From: Bilabrum cf. latius | Taxonomy: Eukaryota | Assembly: GCA_965178125.1 (NCBI GenBank) | Contig: OZ237735.1 | Coordinates: 1,984,001 to 2,048,000, forward strand | Direction of reading: 5' to 3' | DNA length: 64,000 nt | Shown: positions 12,185-25,200 of the stretch, one piece after another | How the letters are laid out: every line of letters starts with the position of its first letter | Numbering within the stretch: position 1 is the first letter of the stretch | Made by a program: the position numbers and the translations under genes | Notes under the pieces: generated by a model | The model's database searches: none | What the model was told of the DNA's origin: nothing | Seen by the model: only the letters and a program-made list of their open reading frames with translations

Positions 12185-14452
12185 ATGGATAGCAGAACTG
12201 TGCCTCATCCTAGCGTTGGTACGTCTACCAATAGCTTATTCTCATCGATTGGATGCAAGTATACCGGCGGTGTGCAGCTTGGGTTCGGTTTCAAGCGACA
12301 GGCACCATCCCACAAGGGCAGTCCGTCCGACGGTCTCAATTGGGTGGAGGTACAGCGGGATCAAGGATGGACTTTGTATCCACTTAGCGACATGTATGGT
12401 CTCGCGCCATTGAGCACAGCAATGAAGCGCCGGACGGACAGCTTGTTGCCATCGGCTCGCACTGTTGCCTTGCGCGGCAACTCCACTACTGCGCTCCCAC
12501 TCGCGTCCACAGGAGATATGAGCAGTGGTAGATTGCATGAAAGTTCTTCGTACAGGGTGAGCGCACAGCCATCCAAGTCAACTTCCGGACACTGGTCGGC
12601 TTGGGGACTCCCGGCATCTGTAGGGACAACCGTGTCCTTCGATACGAGCAGGCTCACGGAGGAACTGGCCCGGGGCCCCTCGGATTTGCTTCAGTAGCTT
12701 AGCGTTCGGGCAAGCGGGAATGCATCGAAGGCAACGGTTGCCAAGGCCTGGAACCGCTTGACCGGACGACCTGAAGTGGGCGAGCACTAGCCAGCAGAAG
12801 CAGCTGCCTCTTCATCCACCGCTGGGTCGAAGGAATACGCCGACTTGCAGTGGCGCTCGCAAGTATCCTGGACAAGGAGCAAGTCGCCTGGATTCATCCT
12901 TAGTTCGGGAGACAGCCGGTCTGCCAAGGGAGACAAGGGGCAGCACCCCTCTCTGCTGTGGCGACCCGCCGCACTGACCGCCAACCTGAGCACGTCTGCC
13001 TCGCTGGGTGGAGGCGCATTTGCGACAATTGAGCTCCAGGGCAGGGCCAAGGGCTCCAGCAAAGGCGGCAGCAGCAGCGGCAGTAGCAGCGGCAGCCGAA
13101 GCAAAGGCTCGTCCGGTTCCAGGAAGCATCGCGGCTCTGGCTCCAGATCAGAGTTCAGGTGGCTGGCAGGCACACGCGACCTGTGGATCGATCTGGGCAG
13201 CGCGCAGCTAACACAGGCTGCAGCAGCTCTTTGCCACGTGTACAAGACCCCCTCCAAGTCAAAGACAAAGACGAAACGGAAGAATGCCGGGGGGGCGAGC
13301 TCGGGTTCCAAGCCAGCACCGCAACCTGGACAAAGCTCAAGTGCAGCTGGCACGAGCACGAGCTCGAGCATTGTAGTAGAAACAGTGCCTTTCCAGCTGC
13401 CCATGCTGCAGCTTGCAACCCTATTCCCGGCTTACTATGGGGAGCATGGCATGGAATTCAGTTCTCAAGGCAGTCAGTCGAAGGGCAAAGGAACCGGGTC
13501 CTCTACCAAGAGAAGAGGCAAGCCCTCGAGCGCTGGCGCTGGCACCGGGTCCGGATCCGACTCATCCGCCGGGACTTCTTCTGGGATTTCTCGCCGATAG
13601 CGCGCCTCTAGTGGTGCATCTCCCGCTGGTGCCTATGGTCTGGGCTGGCTGTCTGGCATGGCTCCTCCGGGCTCAACGGAGACTTGGTGCAAGGGCGCGC
13701 TGTCGCAGTCTTCGCTTATAGGAGAGGCCGGGGCGCTGCTGGACCTTGGCAAGGGCACTGCGGTTGGGGTGCGTTGCAAGGGGAAGGCCGACTTGGTGAT
13801 GGCGAAAGCAGATGCGAACAGCAATAGTGGTAGGGGTGAAAGGGGTGGGGGGCGATCAGGGCGAGGGCGAGGCCGTGGTGGTGGTGGTGGTGGCGGGAGC
13901 AGAACTGGCGGGCGTGGCAGCAGCGGGGGCAGGAAGCGAGGCACTTCAGACGATCCTAGCCTGCTGTCTCCTGCGTGGATTAGTGGCTTGCGGGGCCTCC
14001 GCCTACCAAGGAACAAGCCTGGATCCAGGAGCTCGTCGGGTGTGCTGGGCGGAGTGGAAGGCCTGGAGAAGCTGGAGGTTGGCGGGCAGGTGAGTCCGCT
14101 TGGGTCTTAGCGGCTGGTATTCGGATGGAAGTGGGACGCAGCTTCGGATGCCGCGGAAGTCAGCGTGAGGTCTCGAGTGCGGGCCAAGCTCGGGGGCGTG
14201 CTGCATGCCGCCGACAGGACCTCGGAAGGTGCGATCGCCAGTGCTCCGGAGGCGGCCGGGTGGCGGGCAAGCCTGCCGAAGCCTGACCCAAACTCTCCCA
14301 TGGCATTGCGCGTGCGCCCTGTGGAGGCGACCATGCAGTTGCAAGCCGGCTTGCAGTCCAGTGCGTCTGGGGGCGCCGGATTTCGGGAACCGGTGACGGA
14401 TGCGTTCATCGGGGCGCATTTGTAGCTATCGCTTCCGCGCGGCAGGGCTTGA
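12185..14452 (+). CDS. Hypothetical ~755 aa Gly/Ser-rich protein; 5 in-frame TAG
   Basis: Same-frame ORFs 12071-12697, 12845-13600, 13658-14110 and 14165-14425 joined across TAG at 12695, 12788, 13598, 14108 and 14423. First ATG at 12185, TGA at 14450-14452. No family recognised. Confidence 0.6.
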
Positions 14453-14854
14453 TGGTGCTAGGCAAATAAGGATATTGTTGTGTGAGCTATCTGCGCCTGC
14501 ACGCCACAGTACATCGTGTGCGCTGCTGCCGGTTCGTACAGGTTCCGCTAGCGAATGCGCAGCGCCGTTTGCAGTAAATCCAAGCAACCGTTGTATATTT
14601 CACAAGAAAGGAAGTGCATGCAGCACCAAGAAGTGCTCAGTGAAATTCCGTAGCCAGATGATCCCGTGGCGGCGGAGCAGCGCATGCAAGTACTGCTCCG
14701 GCGGGCGGCGGCTTCACGAAAGCACTGGGTCCAATCGGTGATGAAATGCAAGCCGTACGGTCTGCAACAACCAGATTGCTTGGGTGCAGTCCGCACAATG
14801 ATTCGTGCAGCTAGATTGCTGCAACAAAAGCAAGACTAGATCGGAATACCAACC

Positions 14855-17800
14855 ATGGAAAGCGCGCTGGGCACTCCAGCACTGGGTGCTCTGCCGGCTA
14901 CTCGTTCGCGCTCGTACACGCTGCACGACCGAACCGGATCCATATCATCCCATCCATTCAAAGCACTTCGTGAACTTAGATCAAGGCTTGAAGCCTCCGC
15001 TCCCCAGCCGGCTTCCAGGCCCAAGCCTACACCTTCGCGTCGTCCCGACACTTCTGTTGACGCTAGAGACTTGATTCGTCTAGCCAAGGATGTCCTAGAA
15101 TCATCGCAGAGCTCTCTGGCGGGCGTGACCCATGCACTCGACCTGCAGTAGCATGGCGCGTCGTCCGGAAGCGGTGGTGGCGCGAGCACGGCAACCGGAG
15201 CGAGCGAGGTGGAGACGAGCCCAGAGCTAGCTTGGAGGGAGCGAGCAGGCGCATCTCCAGCTTGGTGGCCGCTTCTCGTTCGAAATCGATCTCCTCGAGA
15301 AATCAAGATCGAGTGCGAGCGTGACAGCTTCGTGTCCCAGCTGCTGCTCCCTCGGTCCGGTTGCGGCGACATCGCCGAACGAGTGCGAAGGTTCGCTGAG
15401 AGCCTCCGGAGGCAACTGCAGCGGGCCACTGCGCGAAAGAGGGCGTAGCATAGCATGAAGCAACGCATGAGCCTGCAGGTAGCTTCGGGTCAGGGAACGT
15501 TCGCTGCGCTGGACGGTGCCTCGACGGTGGGCGGGCGCTCCGCAGGCACCGCGGCGGGTAGCGAGGGCCCCGTGGATCCTAGGGCAGGGAACAGCGGTAG
15601 AGGCGGTGGCAACGGTCGGCCAGGCACTTCCCTGTCTATTTCGACACCGCGCGGCGAGGACTCGGAATAGGAAAGGCTCCGGTCGGTGGGCGCGAGCCGG
15701 CTGGCACTGCTTGACCCGAGGCCAAAGACCCGTGGGGAGGAAGAAATCGGCTCCGATTCCCCCCTTCCCGGCGTGTTCTTCTCGAGTCCGATGGAGTCGA
15801 TGGGGGCGGAGGAAGTCGCCACGGTGATCAAGCAATACCTCTCGCAGCTGACGAGGGACCTTGCGGTGCACCCCCGGTTCAGAGCATGCCACGAGGCAGC
15901 GCAGTCGGTCGCTGGCAAGACCAGGGAACAAATGCAGGGCGACCTCAGGTAGCTGCGGCAGGACGAGCGGGACCTCGAGAGGCGGGCCCGGCTGCAGCCC
16001 AGCAAGGGGCCCTCCATGGGACCTGGTGGCTAGGGGTCGACCTCGACCTCGCTCTTCGGCGTGGAGACGGTACCACTCACTGCCTCCGACATGGCGGCGC
16101 TGGAAACTCGTTCGGAGGAGCGAAGGCGGCGCATCGGCCTGCTGCAGGATGCCCTCAGATGGCTGGATGTGGAGGAGGGCGTGGAGCGGTACCTCTTCGC
16201 TCACGTGCACGCCGACGTGCTCGATTGGATCGGCGAGGAGAACGATCCAGAGAGCGAGCAGGCCGCAAAGCAGGCCGTGCAGGCGGCGCAAAGGGCTGCT
16301 CGCAGAGGAAACCGACGGCGGTCTGCCCAAGTATCCGGTGCCGGGCAGGGTCGCGGGAACAACAAGCCGTAGTAGTAGTACGAGCGGCTAGGCAGCAGTC
16401 AAAGGGGGGGCATGCAGGGTGCCATCGCCGGGCAAGGATCAGGTTCCCCCGACGTTGTGCGTGCAGCGCAGATACCCAGAGTAGAGAGCATGCGGGAGAC
16501 AGACGAGGCTCTCAGCAAGCAAGAAGTGCAGCTGGCCTTTGTCACGCTGGACCTGATGGAGATCGAGGATTTACCCAGCGAGCTGGAAATCGCGCTGGGG
16601 CTTGCACACGCTGTCCTGCGAGACATCGCAGAGGCAGTCACTGCGAGCGACAAGCTGCAGTGCATCGTCAATGCAAGCAAGATTCTCACCACGGTCATCT
16701 CAGAGGCTGGACGGCTGCGAAGGGAAGAAGCAGAGAAGGCAGGAGGCAAGGGTTCCTCTGCCAAGGGCGTGGGCGCCGATGACCTGGTGCCCCTGTTCAT
16801 CCACGCCGTCATTCACTCGCAGGTGCCCAAGCTGCTCACCCACCTGCGCTTCTGCGACCTTTTCAGCGGATCTGACGTGCTGCGATCGGAGAAAGGATAC
16901 TACCTGACCACGATGCAGTGCGCGCTGCATTTTGTGAGGACGGCGGATGCGTCGTCCTTCAAACTGGACCCAGTAGAATTCGAACAGAAATGCAGAGAAT
17001 CGATGGCTGCGAGGAGCACAGCCGCCGCAGAGGATCCAGGACCGAAAATCACTAGCGCCGGGGAGGATAGCGACCTGAAGGCCGTGGTGCTGGCGCAGCG
17101 AGCCGCCGTGCCGCCTGACTTGGCAGTTGCGCTGGGACTGGTCACCCCAGAAGATGCCCTGAAGGAGAGGTCCTCGACAGGCAAGCCGGGCGCATTGCCT
17201 CCAGCAGTCGCGGCCAAAGGCCGGGACAGCCCCGAAGGTGAAGGCAAGGCAGCAGGGCAGGGTAGTCTCGGGTCGCCCGATGGCACGCTTGCGGACGTGC
17301 ATAGCCCCGGCACAGCAGAGCACGCAGCCGCTATCGCCCCTGCAGGCGGCAGGAGACGGGCTTCGACCATGGTGTCCGGGTCCGCGAGAGTGGCGGGCCG
17401 GCGCCTCGCCCAGTGGTGGTAGATGTACTCCGCGAGCGCAGCCCAGGGAGACGATGGCGGGGCGATGGGTGCCGCTGCACCTTCTCGCAGTGGCGGTGGT
17501 ACCGGTGCCTTGGCACGGCGGCGGTCGTCGGGTACGGGCCGCAGGGTGGGTCAGTAGGCGCTTGCGCTGGTGCGGAGGGCCAGGGCGGCGGGCGTGGCGG
17601 TGCCAAAGGCGGTTAGGGACGGCTCCTTGCTGGAGCTGATGGTCGTTGATGCGGGTGACATAGGTGTGACGAGTGGGAGCGGGTCGTCGACAGCCGAGCG
17701 CGGCGGCCGCACTGCAGCGCACGATGGTGCTCACCCGCGGATCCACACGATAGCTGAGGAGGAGGAGGATGTAGAGGAGGCACAATCTATGAAGCCATCG

Positions 17801-18175
17801 AGCGAGAGGGAAGCGGGACAGCTGCTGGACCGCTGGGTGCAGATGCACGGCGCTGGCGGGTCGCAGCCGAGGGCCCGGCGCGGCGAAGGTGGCGACGCTG
17901 CATCCCGGGCTCACCGGCTGGCCATAGCACGGGGGACGAGCACCGGGGCTCTGGCCATGGTAGGGCGCAGGCTGGTGCTCGCGGCCATGCATGGCTCCCT
18001 GGAATCTGGCTTGCTGGGCGAGTGGCTGCCTGAGGACGTGCTGGACGGCGGCGGCTCCGCAGGCTTGGATGGCAAGTCGGACGAAGGGGTGCAGGACTGG
18101 AGCAGCGGAGGAGAGAGCGCCGATGAGGACGAGAACGAAGATGACGATGACAGCCAGTTCGGAGACATCGCTTGA
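14855..18175 (+). CDS. VPS9-domain (Rab5-family GEF) protein, ~1,106 aa; 10 in-frame TAG
   Basis: VPS9 signature DKLQCIVNASKIL...GADDLVPLFIHAVI..VPKLLTHLRF..SEKGYYLTTMQCALHFV at about 16640-16940. Seven same-frame ORFs are separated only by TAG, including TAG-TAG-TAG at 16370-16378. TGA stop. Confidence 0.88.
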
Positions 18176-18266
18176 TGGATGCGGACGAGTGCGCGGCGCC
18201 TCGAGAACGAACGGAACCGGCAGCATACCTGAACGGCATACAAGACAGCAGATTCACTTGATTGGG

Positions 18267-18635
18267 ATGGATGGCTCTTCGTTTCTGGGACGTGATGAGC
18301 GCCGCGATCAGATCAAGAAATGGGCAGATAAAGCTGACGAGGCAACTTGCCGCAAAGAATGCCCTATCGCGCGTGTCATCGAGACAGAGGATGGCACGAT
18401 CCTTCTCACAGAATGGGTAAGCTTGCCTAGTGGCGTGGAGTACGACAAAAGTGGAACCTTGAGCTCGGTGTCATTTGGAGTCATGGATGAGAAGACTGAG
18501 TACGTTGAGCATCAGTACTTCTTCATGCACAAGGACCGAGAACAGGACTCTTGGTGGACTCCGACGGAGGCTGAGCTCGGCTTTGACTCGTTCTGCGCGC
18601 ACTTGAAACCAGTTCCGGCAACACTATCGGCCTGA
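18267..18635 (+). CDS. Small hypothetical protein (~122 aa)
   Basis: ATG 18267 to TGA 18633-18635 with globular-like composition, filling the gap between two genes. No family recognised. Confidence 0.4.
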   Translation: MDGSSFLGRDERRDQIKKWADKADEATCRKECPIARVIETEDGTILLTEWVSLPSGVEYDKSGTLSSVSFGVMDEKTEYVEHQYFFMHKDREQDSWWTPTEAELGFDSFCAHLKPVPATLSA

Positions 18636-18788
18636 CTAACCGAAATAGGTCAGTTCATATCTATTTTCAAGGATTCACTCTGCAAGCAATCCGGTAGCTC
18701 TGAAGCAGAACGACCGCGCCCCAGACCCGCTCCGCCCCTTCCTTCAATTTGGCTCGGTCGGTCGGCAGGAACGCCAGAGCGCCCTGCC

Positions 18789-20140
18789 TTACTGTGGGGG
18801 GAGTAGAAGCTCGTCCTTCTGCATGGCATCGGGAATCTCAAGCGAAACCAGCGCATCGAGCGCGGCCTTTCCGACAACGACCTCCATCTTGGCGAAATGG
18901 GAAGCGCTGGCCCACTGCCCAGTCCGCCTGGAGACCAGCGGCACCGCAGCCACAGCCGCCTTGATCGACGCGCTTTCTGTTCCATCCTCCTGCTTGATTG
19001 GCTTGGCCGACCGAGCGACATCTAGCAGCGTGAAGTGCTCCATTTCGAGGGAGAGGCAGTCAGGAAAGGCCTTCTCCAGCCTATCCACCACTCCCGCGCA
19101 CCTGTCGTCAAAATCGCGGAGGACTCTTCCTTGCGGCGCATAAAAACCATCTGCAGTGGCAGCTACGCCTTCCCTGACTTCGATTTCTTTGAGTCCAGCC
19201 GCGTCCAACTGCGCTCTGGCCTTGGCGGCGTACAGCCCGCTGAGCTCCGCATCGGGCATCACTGGGCAGGGGGAGATGCTGTAAGGGGATTCGGCGGTGG
19301 CGTCTGTGATGGACGCAGCAGCGCCACCGCGAGCAGCACCCGATGAGGAGGTACTGGCGCCGCCGTGCAGCAGCTCTGGCCTCCTCGAAACGAGCACCGC
19401 GCCTTTGGAGCCCACCACCAGGCAGCCCGGCTTGGCATCGCCCAAACCGCCGCACGACCCGAGGCGTAGCATGGCCAGCGTTCCCTTGACGGACGCTCGG
19501 ACCTCTCGCACGGCAAAGTCCATCATAGGAACTCCCATGCCGATCGCGATCACCGTAACAGGGACCCCCCTGAACAAGCCGGTGTAGGTGTTGTATCCGC
19601 GAGAGGATCCAGTGTGAACACATCTGCGAGTGATGATAGGTGTGACGCTTTGTCTTTAGTGGTACCCCATGTCAAGTATGCATAGTGCTGTGCAGCAGGC
19701 GGTCAACTTGACCTCACTTTCCTCCGTTGTCAAAATTGGACGTGATGCGTATCGCCCGGTTCGCATCTCCGACAGTCAGCACTCGGTTTGCAACTGCGAG
19801 CATGACTGAAGGTGCTGCTGCAGAGAGCTTAATTGCAAGCTACAAATCGACAATACCGCATTCACGAGACAAGCCGAGCCTTACTTTCACCAATGACAGT
19901 CTGTACATGCATAGTTCGGCCCTCAGCTGAGACTGGCAGGTTTGGGTCGGGATTATTGTCTAGGATTCCCCCGTGTGCATCCCTGGCACCGGACTTTCTC
20001 AAGTCTGTGCTCTCAATGATCCTTGCCGGACCAGTGCCGTCTTTGGACAGAAATCTCATGAGAAGTCCAGCAGCTGCCAAACCACTGGTAACCCCAAAAG
20101 CAATCCATTCATTTCCAATCTTCTTGGAAGCGTCTGCCAT
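18789..20140 (-). CDS. Uridine/purine nucleoside phosphorylase (PNP_UDP_1 family); model complement(join(18789..19623,19718..19793,19885..20140))
   Basis: Spliced translation NLPVSAEGRTMHV..GEIANRVLTVGDANRA..SSRGYNTYTGLFRGVPVTVIAIGMGVPMMDFAVRE..RLGSCGGL..ADGFYAPQGR..LEMEHF. Two phase-compatible introns of 91 and 94 nt. Ends at TAA, with no in-frame TAG. Confidence 0.9.
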
Positions 20141-20263
20141 TTCGCAAGGGTGCTAGGACGAGGGAAAATCTCGCTCCCGAATCCGCAGCAGTTGCGACCG
20201 CCGGCGCCCGGCCCAGGCATGTGGCCGTTGTGCGACCACAGCTAAAGCTATTGACGTCCAACT

Positions 20264-22045
20264 ATGGACGGGATGAAAGGTGCCCCACTCAGCGTATTGT
20301 AGCTTGCTGCGCCAATTTGCGTTCATGGACCGCAAGCGAGGCAAGGTGGTACGGAGCGATCGAGAGGGTCAGACAGAACATCTCAACACAAAGAGGCTAC
20401 TCTAGAATCTTCTGCGGCTGATATTAGCAAAGAAACCCTTATTCGGGCCATGTTTCCACCAAGAGAATGGACAGATCCCGACGGAAACACCTGGCTCTCC
20501 TTTCCTAGCTCGGAGCTGCCAACAAGAGATTCAGCACTGCGCGCCCACGAACACCTTGAGAGGGAGCTCAAGAGGCGTCAGGCGAGGCCTGAACCTCTAG
20601 ATGACGTTCGCGAAGAGATATTTGCAGAGCTTTTCGATGAGCTTATTCGCTAGATCGCGCTGCTGAATCCTGAGAGGGGCTTGCTGCTCCTCAGAGTTCG
20701 AGACGAGAGAAGACTCACGCTTCTTTCCCTGTCTGCCCTGGCGCAAGGGGGCTCGCGGTTCGGAACGAACTCTGTAGTTCGAATTCGTTAGCGTGGTAAG
20801 CGTGCCATGGAAAGGATAGGCCTCCAGTAGGATCGGATCGGCCACGCTGACACAGCGGTCCTCGCGGCACTCGACAGCACGGCGGCTCCGGGTACTGACT
20901 TTGAGGCGAGTGGGGGTGAAATTGTACCGTTATCGTCCAAAGCATCGTCCAAAGCAAGCGAAATGAACGGGTAGGACGCCGCGGGCCGATTGAGCAGCAC
21001 CATCACCAGCGGCACAACCAAACCGGATCACAGGGGGCGAGGCGTCTTGCCCGCGAGGGCCGCACTCGTCACACGCCTGTGGCCGCACAACGACGCCATC
21101 ACACGAGCGGCGGCAGAAGCAACCGCTGTCGAGCGCTTCGGTGTGGAAGAGGCGGGCAGGCTGTTCGAGCTGGTGAGGCGAGCCGCCGCGACCGACGTGC
21201 TGGAGGGCACCGCAGCCGCTGCGATCGCCGGGTCGGCACGGGCGGCTGGATGGAGCGGCTCTGGCTAGGGCGATGACAACGATCTGGTCGTGCTGGAGAC
21301 ACCCGGAAAACTAGGTATTGGCGTCCGCGATTCGGAGTCGGGAAGGATGGAGGGTGTCGGACTCGCGGAGGGCAAGGACGACGAGTAGGTGGAGGTGGAG
21401 GGGGCGAGCACTGGTGCTCGGTCAGCCGGAGCAATTGCTTCGTCGCTCGCATCAGCACTCCCGGTGGATCCAGAGGAGGAAGACCTGTCGGGGAAAGTCG
21501 TGGCAGTGCAGCGTGACGTGGATTCTCTCCGCGCTCGCAAGGCGGAGCTGGAGTCTCTCATGCAAGCAGTCGGCGCCAGAGCCAGGGCGCGGCGATATGC
21601 TGCCGTGCGGGTGGCAGAGCAAGCAGAGGCAGAGGCTCAGGACGAGGCCGGGATCGGGATGGGGACTTCATCTGGGGGCGGCATTCTAGGCGGGGCTACT
21701 GCGGGGAGCAGCAGCAGGGCGCCGTCAGCGCTCGCCGCAGCGCTTCGCGCCTCGGACGGCCCGGGGGGTATGCACCCTGGCTCGAGGGCTGGTGAGGGCG
21801 CGGGGGGAGAAGGCGCGATCATGGAGCAGCAGCTGGCCCTGTAGCTGCAGCGACGGGCACAGAAAGCTAGGCTGGAGAGCTAGATTGAGGCATTGCGGAC
21901 GGTGCTGGGAAGGGCAGCGGCAGCTGCCGCGGCGGCCGGTGATGGTGACCAGTACAGCGACGACGGTTCCGACACTGGCCTCGACGTTGCGACTGGGCTT
22001 GGTCCGGAACCGAGCCTCGACAGTGCGGTCGGACTTGACCATTGA
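20264..22045 (+). CDS. Axonemal dynein light intermediate chain p28/DNALI1-like protein, extended (~593 aa); 9 in-frame TAG
   Basis: FPPREW..TR..HLERELKRRQAR..VREEIFAELFDELIR*IALLNPERGLLLLRVRDE matches the p28 core as I recall it (LPPREW..QQRQAR..CFDELIRQVTINCAERGLLLLRVRDE). The frame runs from ATG 20264 to TGA 22043-22045 through TAGs only. Confidence 0.85.
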
Positions 22046-22204
22046 GATACATTTGTTCTCCAAACGTGGCATTTTGGGACTATAATTGCGTTTTGGGGTG
22101 GGATTTCTCGCATCCGGAATCCGGATGCACAAACGCCATCTCGGTGGCCAGTCACCCTCCAAATATCCTCTACAAGTGCAACTAGCATGCTACGCAGTCT
22201 ACTG

Positions 22205-25200
22205 TCATTTCTTCGTGCCCTTCTTCTTCCTCTTTTTCTTGCCACCCTTCTTCTTGAAGACGGCATCCCTCATCTCCGGCAGCGGATGCGAGGGGATGTC
22301 ACGCCCGGGCAGAAGTGAGCCCGGCAGCAGCGCCGGGCCGGTCCTGCGGATGCCCGGGATGGCCGACTGGGCGGGAACTGGCGGCAGCGCTGGCTTTTTC
22401 GGAGCAGCTGACTTGGCGCCCTTCTTCCCGGCTTTTTTGGCCGTTCCGCCCCCGGCTGACTTTCCTTTGCTCTTCCCCTTGCCCTTGCCTCCAGTGGACT
22501 TTTTCTTCTTGGCTGGCTCGGGGCCTCCAACCAGCAGCTGCGTGCGATCGGCAGGCGTCCAGCGCACTCCAGAGAACCCGACAGATCCCTAGCCGCCCGC
22601 TCCCTTCGTCCGAGCAGTCGCCCCGGTCGCAGTATACTCGGGGCTCCGCGAGTCCGGTGCCGAAGCAAGCGCGTGCTCGCCCACGGTAGTCCCCGCAGTT
22701 GCCAGCGCTCCCTTCCGCTTTGCCATCGCTTCCACCTCCATCCGACCCAGCTCGTCCCACGGCCCTCCGGGGGCAACTGCGGAGACCTGCGCCGTGTCCA
22801 GCGCCATCGCAGCCAGCGCATCGCGCTCCACCTCGGCTGCGCCTCCTCGCAGCAGCAGACCCTTTCGGATGGCTCGGCGGGTGGGAGCGAGGACTTCAAG
22901 CCCTTTCGCCTCGAAGGCTGCCATGATCGCGCTGGTGGCCTGCTCGAGCTCGGCCTCTTCTTCCGCAGAGGGGCCCGGGCCCAGGTGCGGGTCTGCAGCA
23001 ACCGCTGTCTCTGCATTCCTATCTTCTGCTTGGTCGTCTTGGCCGGTAGCGGCACCAGGAGGGAAGCCTCCCACTGCCCTTGCGCCGGCACTGCCCATCT
23101 GCTCTGGGCTTGTGGGCCCGGTGTTGCCCCGACCGATGACGCCGCTTCGCCGCGGGGCCAGGTGCGGTGCTGCAGAGTCGAGGGCGCTGGCCGCCACTTT
23201 GTTCCCGAAGTGGAAGTAGCCCTTGCTGCTCGTGCGTCTCTTCTCTGGGGACGGGAGCACGACGGGCACTCGCAATCGCCGATGCTCAGCCGGGTTCTGC
23301 CCGTGAGCAGACCCGCCTGTTTCTCCGCCCGCCGTATCCTCACCAATGCCTGGCCGTTCCTCCCTTGCTGACTGCATGCCCCTGCCCGCTCCCGCCGTCG
23401 AGTTCGCATCATCAAGGTCACCCATCTGCCCATTGCTACCGCTGTGCAGCCCAGTAGCCCCATGCACGCCTTCCTCTTCATCGCGATCCGCGCCGTCAAG
23501 CAGCCGGGTCAACGCCTCCTCGTCGTCTGCCTGCCTCTCCTGCTTTGTCCGCCTGCTCCTGCCCTTGGAAGTGCGGGCCCCAGGCGAGGCCATGAAGGCA
23601 GAGCGGATGCTCGGCTGCGCCCCCGTGCGCGCCTCAGCTGACATGCCCACGCCGCGAAGTCGAGCGATTGCTGGCGCTAGCTGCTGCCTGTGCCTGCGGT
23701 CAAGCACCTCTTCCCTGCGCCGAGTGGCCTCCATGTGTCGAGACACCGCCCTTGCCATCGTGGCGTCATTCCGAGCGCGAACGATCTGCCTTCGCCTGCC
23801 CTCCTTCCATTTCGCCATGGCCCACCAAACGTCTTCGTCGGGCAACACAACGTGTCCAGTGCCTGCAAAGCCGCCGGTCTATTCCAGGGCATCTTCAGCC
23901 GCAGCATCGACCCCTGCACGCACCCCGGACACCCCAGGCACGAAGTGAAGCAGCCCCATCTGCCTTGCCTTCCTTCTTGCCTCACGCACGGCCGCCGATT
24001 CGCCAGTGCCAGAGCCCGCTGCGGGCGCAAAGTCGCTCGACCTGGCCGTGCCGGTGAGCCCGAGCCGAGAGGCGCCCCCTGCGCGGGCAGTGAAAGGCCT
24101 CCCCGTCGCATCGGTGAGCCCAAGTCCCAGCGATCGTCCAAAGGTGTCGCTGGGCCGCGTGCTTCGTCGTCCAGGCGCCGCGGATGCCGGCCTCGACCTG
24201 GATGATCCCGAGACACGCCTAGACTCAGAGAGGAGAAGAGCAGGCACCGGGCGATCCATCTTCGCCCTAGCGTCGCCGATTCCTTTGCCAAGCGCGAATC
24301 TGCGCTGCAGCTGCTGCTTGACGACGAGCTTGGTGACCTGGCGCGCAGGCGCCCTCGTTGCCGTGCCAGGCCTCGGCAACCCCGCTGCTCTGGCAGACGA
24401 CGGCCTCAGACTGTGAGCAGCCGCCTCGTCTGTGTCCTGCCCGCCAGCATAACCACTGCTGGTAGGGGGACTTTGCTCGCCTTGGTCGTTGCTGCCGTCA
24501 GCTGCTGCAGCCAGCCCCCCTACATCCTCGGTCTCGTTGCCTTCACGGTTAGCAGACCCACTGCTTTCATCCTTCTTTTCTTCTTGTTCAGACGCTCCGT
24601 CCTCTTCGTATCTTCGCCTGAGACGCCTGACATGGCTGGCGAGAAGGTCGCGACGCTTCGCGCCCACGGCACGCAGGGAGGCGCTCTGTGCAGGCGGGCG
24701 GACGTCTGCTCGAGGAACCAGGCCGGCTTCCCAATGCAGCTCCTCGGTGGGATCATCGAATGACATCTGCCCGGAGGGTTGGACCGCGCTCAGCTGCTGG
24801 CCCTGTCGCGAGAAGCACGCGAGCAGTGCGCGGTCGGTGCTGTCCACCGGTGGTTCGGCCTCCAGCTGCGCTGCACGCTCGTCGTACTTGGCGAGCCTGG
24901 CCCGCGCGGCCTCCAAAGCTTTCAATCTCTTGCTTTTCTCCTTTGCTGATATTTTCTCTGGTTTAGCGCCTTTCTTCATCGAGGCTGCTGCCTTCGCCCC
25001 AGCCGCCTTGCCTGCCTTGCCCTTCCCAACCGCAGCTGCGGCAGCAACTGCGGCGGCGGCGTCGTGCTTCTTCTTTGGAAACATTTCAGTGACTTTCTTT
25101 GCCGCCTTCTCTGCGCGCCGCATCTCCCAAGCAAGCGTGGCGGATTCGCTGCGCTGTCGAGCTTCGGACCAGTCTGACCAAGCTTGCAGCCCAGGGGCCT

